Assembly (NCBI GenBank): GCA_038867615.1
Contig: JAWBYA010000003.1
Location: 160,001 to 224,000 of the forward strand
Source: Sulfolobales archaeon
GTDB taxonomy: Archaea > Thermoproteota > Thermoprotei_A > Sulfolobales > AG1
Length of the DNA: 64,000 nt
Direction: 5' to 3'
Below, piece by piece: positions 59,894-64,000 of the stretch (position 1 is its first letter; each line of letters begins with the position of its first letter). Made by a program: the position numbers and the translations under genes. The notes below the pieces were generated by a model. It did no database searches and was not told where the DNA came from. It was given only the letters and a program-made list of their open reading frames with translations.

Positions 59894-61126
59894 TTAACCA
59901 GAATCGAGGGATCTTGCAATACATAGGTATAGATCTATGGCTCTCTCTATCTCTCCTATCGAGTTGTACTCATCCGGTATATGGGCTACTCCTTCAACGC
60001 CAGGGCCGAGTGTTATTACCTCGGAACCTTTGAGCCTGTAATAGACACTATCATTCCTACCAATACTTATAAATATCCCAGGTTTTTTACCGGTCTTTTT
60101 CTCAGCGCATGTTCTAGCAATATTTATGATTAATGATTCCTGGGGAGTTAGTGATGGGGGAACAGCGCTTAGGATCTTTACCCCATATCTAGCCCCAACA
60201 GCTTTAGAGGCTTTTTCGAAAGAGGCTTTGAGCTCCTCCACGACTCTATCAACATCCTCCTCAGGGATCACCCTCCTGTCAAAGCTGAACACAAACTCAC
60301 CAGGCACTGTGTTATCCTTCCTAGATAGGGATTCTGCATAGCCCCCCAGATTTATTGTGGGATGGGCGGCCTCGGAAACCTCTACAGGCGCCTTAGTAAC
60401 CCTTGATCTGAGGATAGGGCTATAGATCTCCATGAACTTTAGAGCAAGCTCAGAGGCCTTTAAAAACGCGTTCTCCCCAAGCCAGGGGGCGCTTGCATGA
60501 ACCTGCTTCCCATATACGCTGACAACCCCTCTCACAAGGCCCTTGTGACCTATTATCAGCTTATTAGAGGTGCTTGGCTCTGCTATAACCACATACTCAG
60601 GGATTTTTTTAGCGTTTTCAACATAATACCTAGTCCCAACACCCCCAGACTCTTCATCAGGGACAAAAACAGCCTCTATGGTCAGGTTTTTCCCAACACC
60701 GCTATCACGGATCTTCTTAAGCGCTGCTATAGTAGCGGCTATCCCGCCCTTCATATCTGTAGAACCCCTGCCATAGATCCTATCCCCCTCAATCACAGGT
60801 GTGAACGGGTCTCTCGTCCACCCACTACCTGGAGGCACCACATCATAGTGACCATTGAAATGAAGAACCCTACCCCCGCTACCTCTCCTAGCATAGACAA
60901 TATATCTAGGATACCCCCTATGCTGAGGCGAGTACGGGTAATGCTTATCCACATAATCCTCAGGGATCTCTATCAACTCTACATCGAACCCTATCTCACC
61001 GATCCTCTTAGCCAGCGTTTCCGAGCATCTCTTATACTCATACCCAGGGGGGTTTACTGTCGGGATGCTTATCAACTCCTTAAGGATCTCTATAGCAAAA
61101 CCCACATACTCATCCACAGCCATCAC
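59894..61126 (-). CDS. M20 family metallopeptidase (ArgE/DapE-like)
   Basis: IPTVNPPG, FNGHYDVVP, GRGSTDMKGG, PDEESGG and AHIPDE motifs. Confidence 0.93.
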   Translation of the reverse strand: MMAVDEYVGFAIEILKELISIPTVNPPGYEYKRCSETLAKRIGEIGFDVELIEIPEDYVDKHYPYSPQHRGYPRYIVYARRGSGGRVLHFNGHYDVVPPGSGWTRDPFTPVIEGDRIYGRGSTDMKGGIAATIAALKKIRDSGVGKNLTIEAVFVPDEESGGVGTRYYVENAKKIPEYVVIAEPSTSNKLIIGHKGLVRGVVSVYGKQVHASAPWLGENAFLKASELALKFMEIYSPILRSRVTKAPVEVSEAAHPTINLGGYAESLSRKDNTVPGEFVFSFDRRVIPEEDVDRVVEELKASFEKASKAVGARYGVKILSAVPPSLTPQESLIINIARTCAEKKTGKKPGIFISIGRNDSVYYRLKGSEVITLGPGVEGVAHIPDEYNSIGEIERAIDLYLCIARSLDSG

Positions 61127-61311
61127 ATTATTAGTGTTAGTTGGGCCTGATAAAAATAACGATGATAATCATTAATTATAGCGGCTCAAACCACCGATAA
61201 TGTGTTATTCTTTACCTTATACTCATATCCTTGCCGAGATCCGATGGCCTGGCTATTAGGCTTCTTAGCATACTAACTAGTAGGTAAGAGAGTATAGAGA
61301 GATACCCGATA

Positions 61312-61611
61312 TTGATACCACAGTTAGTGAGGATATGCGTGAAGGCGGCTCTAGAGCCTGGAGTGGTTTCTAGAGAGATAGAGGATCTAGGGATCAGATT
61401 GGATAGTGAGGTGAGGAGAGGTATTGTGAGGGCTCTAGAGGAGATTGCAAGCACACTGGTGTCTAGGAAAGGTCCCTCGCTTTATTGTAGGCTGTGTCGC
61501 AAGGGTCCCTATACTAAGAGGGGTGCGTATCTCCATCTACTCAGAATCCACTCTGATGATATTGTGAATATTGTTAGGGAGGAGTTTGATAGAGTTATAG
61601 GCCAGCTATAG
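61312..61611 (+). CDS. C2H2-type zinc-finger protein; start possibly ATA 61294
   Basis: YCRLCRKGPYTKRGAYLHLLRIH matches C-x2-C-x12-H-x4-H. Confidence 0.8.
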   Translation: MIPQLVRICVKAALEPGVVSREIEDLGIRLDSEVRRGIVRALEEIASTLVSRKGPSLYCRLCRKGPYTKRGAYLHLLRIHSDDIVNIVREEFDRVIGQL

Positions 61612-64000
61612 TTTTTCCAGCTCTCTGAGGCTAACACCTCTCAGATCTATTTCTATGTTACAGCCCATCGATACTAAGATCTTTCTCACCAACACTCTCA
61701 TAAGATCTAATGCCTCTTTCTCAGATATCCTCAACGTTTTCTCCACCTGGCTCCACGGGTGCCCTTGCAACGTCTTCACGATCGTTAGGAGCTCTTCTTT
61801 CTTATCAAGCCCTGCAGTGTAGCTGCCGCTCCAATAACCCCTCACGAGCTCTGCAATAGCATCGTTGCACACCTCATATGTCATAATCCCTTTCACGTAT
61901 AGCACAAGCCTCTCAAGATCTATCTTGTCAATTCTGCACAAAACACTACCAGGCGTTTCCCGGTTTTTTTGCACTCTCATTAAGAGCCTAGCAACCTCGG
62001 GCTCGAGATCCTTGTATGTATCGTGCATGCTTTCCAGTACTCTCTTTCTAAACCTACTGCTCATAATCTCGATCATATTGCTTGTCTCTCTATCAAGAGG
62101 CTTCATAACTATACATGTATACTCACCAGAAACAGGGTTTCTCTCAGGCGACATATGCACGGGCGTGAATCCGTTCTTTACCCAGAATCTGAGGAGCTCC
62201 TCAGTAGCTCCAAAGCCGGACCCTACCCATGAATACCCCTTGGAAATAGCCTCTTCTTCTATTCTCTTCAGAAACAGAGATCCTATCCCCTTACCCTGGG
62301 CATCTGGATGCACAGCTATTCTGACTATCCTCCACCCAATGGTTTTTGCAAAATCGACTAATCTATAGTGCTTAACCACCCTATCCGGTATAATATTCCC
62401 AGGCATCTTGCCTGTTGTGAGTATAGATCCCAGGTGGCTCTCTACAGGACCCTCCTCGGCAAGCTGTGCAGATGCTACTATTTTCCCACTAGGTGTTGCC
62501 ATAGCCCTAACGCTATGATGAGGCGCATCAGCGATCATTCCAAGATCGTCTGGCTCATTTCTATAGTGGGCTAGCACGTATATACCGAAAAGGCTTTTAA
62601 GAATAGACTCGCCTTTTTCTGTGAAGAGTTCTTCCGGGTCTAGCTTGAGGTATGTTAGCTCACCCCTAGCTATAGCTTCATAATCCTTCTCATCAAGCTT
62701 CTCTGGCTCAGCGTCTAGCAGGAGTGTTCTGAACTGCCAAGCCTCTACGGGGTCGTTGGCAGCATATCTTATAGGCTCGTTCATCTCCACAACTATTGTT
62801 GTTGACTTCTCATCAGATCTTATTCTCTTGAGGAACCTTAGAGTGAAACCCCTCCCAGCACCTTCATAGCCGTGGATTGTTGTTGCAAACACGGATCTGT
62901 TGGTGGACTCCCAGATCCTCCACAGCATATCCACGGGGAGCCCCGCGGCCTCGTCTACAATAGCTATATCTATATCGAGCTTAGGGATCACCGAGGGTTC
63001 CCAATACTCTATCGAGAACCTATCACCCTTGATCTCTATCACTCTCCCACCCTTCTTAACAACCCTATACGGGATCTTCATCATATCGAGGGTCTCTGTG
63101 GTCATTCTCATTAGCTGTTCCACGTTTAAAACAGACCTCGCGGTAACGCCGACCCTAACCTTGTTCTTGATCTTCAATAGCTCGTTTATCAAGCCCACAA
63201 TCCCTATCCCTATAGCACTACTCTTACCCCTACCCCTATCTGATACAACCACTATTGATGTTCTTTTCTTAGGCTTTTCAACTAGCTTCTCCAGCTCTGA
63301 TATAACTCTAACCTGATCCATTGTGAGAGCTTTTGAATAGATCTCCCTTGGGAAGAGTGTTTGCTGAGGAATCTCTATCTTTTCTCTCTGTGGCGATTTT
63401 CTCGGCTGCTCGGCTATCTTTATAATTTTATCTTCATCAGAGTCATAGATACTCACACCATCGCTTCTCAGCAGGTTATCTATGAACCATCTCACAAAAA
63501 CATTTCTAGGAACGGGTTTTTGGGGAACCGCTAGCTCCTCTCTGAAAAGGTTTCTCGCGCTGGGCCATTTATCCAGCGGGGGTGTTATGAATACCACAAC
63601 CCCTCCTCCCTCTACTATTCCTACGAGCCTTCCAACATCGTTTGGCTTTAGGCTATCGCTAAGATCCATTATAAGGGCGCTGAAAGTGGTTCCAAGATAT
63701 TTCTCGGAATCCTCATACCTGGTGATCTCCACCTCTGCGTCTTTACTTAGTTTTGATAAGAGTTCTCTGAAAACCCTAGCCCTGATCACCTCTTCGGCGA
63801 ACTCGTCGTGGTGGACATACAGGATCTTGGTTTTACCCTCTCTCCTGGTTGAGTATATACCTATAAGATCTGCGGTTATGAGTCCTTGCTTCACGGGATC
63901 CGAGCCTGTTATAACTACAAGAGTTCTGTGTCTAGTTACTCCTATTATCTTCAAGATCTTTTTATAATTCTTTCTAAAGCTTACGTAGTTACCCTTAAGA
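61606..64000 (-). CDS. tmcA: tRNA(Met) cytidine acetyltransferase TmcA/Nat10, 5' end beyond window
   Basis: DRGRGKSS, DEAA, TTIHGYEGAGRGF, AHYRNEPDDL and the GNAT RIAVHP..QGKGIG motif; the frame is open to the window edge. Confidence 0.95.
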   Translation of the reverse strand, partial: LKGNYVSFRKNYKKILKIIGVTRHRTLVVITGSDPVKQGLITADLIGIYSTRREGKTKILYVHHDEFAEEVIRARVFRELLSKLSKDAEVEITRYEDSEKYLGTTFSALIMDLSDSLKPNDVGRLVGIVEGGGVVVFITPPLDKWPSARNLFREELAVPQKPVPRNVFVRWFIDNLLRSDGVSIYDSDEDKIIKIAEQPRKSPQREKIEIPQQTLFPREIYSKALTMDQVRVISELEKLVEKPKKRTSIVVVSDRGRGKSSAIGIGIVGLINELLKIKNKVRVGVTARSVLNVEQLMRMTTETLDMMKIPYRVVKKGGRVIEIKGDRFSIEYWEPSVIPKLDIDIAIVDEAAGLPVDMLWRIWESTNRSVFATTIHGYEGAGRGFTLRFLKRIRSDEKSTTIVVEMNEPIRYAANDPVEAWQFRTLLLDAEPEKLDEKDYEAIARGELTYLKLDPEELFTEKGESILKSLFGIYVLAHYRNEPDDLGMIADAPHHSVRAMATPSGKIVASAQLAEEGPVESHLGSILTTGKMPGNIIPDRVVKHYRLVDFAKTIGWRIVRIAVHPDAQGKGIGSLFLKRIEEEAISKGYSWVGSGFGATEELLRFWVKNGFTPVHMSPERNPVSGEYTCIVMKPLDRETSNMIEIMSSRFRKRVLESMHDTYKDLEPEVARLLMRVQKNRETPGSVLCRIDKIDLERLVLYVKGIMTYEVCNDAIAELVRGYWSGSYTAGLDKKEELLTIVKTLQGHPWSQVEKTLRISEKEALDLMRVLVRKILVSMGCNIEIDLRGVSLRELEKL

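Noticed and set aside
1-64000. CRISPR array, rRNA, transposase, and the many antisense shadow ORFs in the track
   Set aside because: No regularly spaced repeats, rRNA or transposase motifs were found. The Ser/Ile/Leu-rich antisense ORFs mirror real genes on the opposite strand.

Overview
A 64-kb window of an archaeal chromosome, inferred to be Thermoproteota (Desulfurococcales/Sulfolobales-like). The evidence is an Agl24-type glycosyltransferase, a Pop5 with a hydrophobic N-terminus, the Sm/L37e pair, DGGGP synthase, an archaellin, BHB-type tRNA introns and frequent TTG/GTG starts. Most of the window is housekeeping: pyk, ppsA, hisS, argF, thiDN, trm1, mtnA, pheA, tmcA, RNase P RNA plus two RNase P proteins, five tRNAs (two with introns), sugar and peptide ABC transporters, an OPT-family operon, an orphan archaellin and a COG1373-type AAA+ ATPase. 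I see no CRISPR array, rRNA, integrase or intact transposase. The most notable observations are: (1) near-cognate start codons (ACG, CTG, possibly ATA) behind good SD motifs, with ACG needed to include the catalytic DE motif of a GT-C glycosyltransferase; (2) a subtilisin-propeptide (I9)-like insertion in that enzyme; (3) strong GATC over-representation; (4) homologous introns in tRNA-Thr(TGT) and tRNA-Met(CAT); (5) a 111-bp, 104/111-identical Fe-S-domain segment shared by two otherwise divergent ABC ATPases; (6) paired operators around the AAA+ ATPase TATA box and ArnR-box-like half-sites upstream of the archaellin; (7) several small ORFs missed by the ORF track. All family assignments come from motif recognition by eye; no database search was run.
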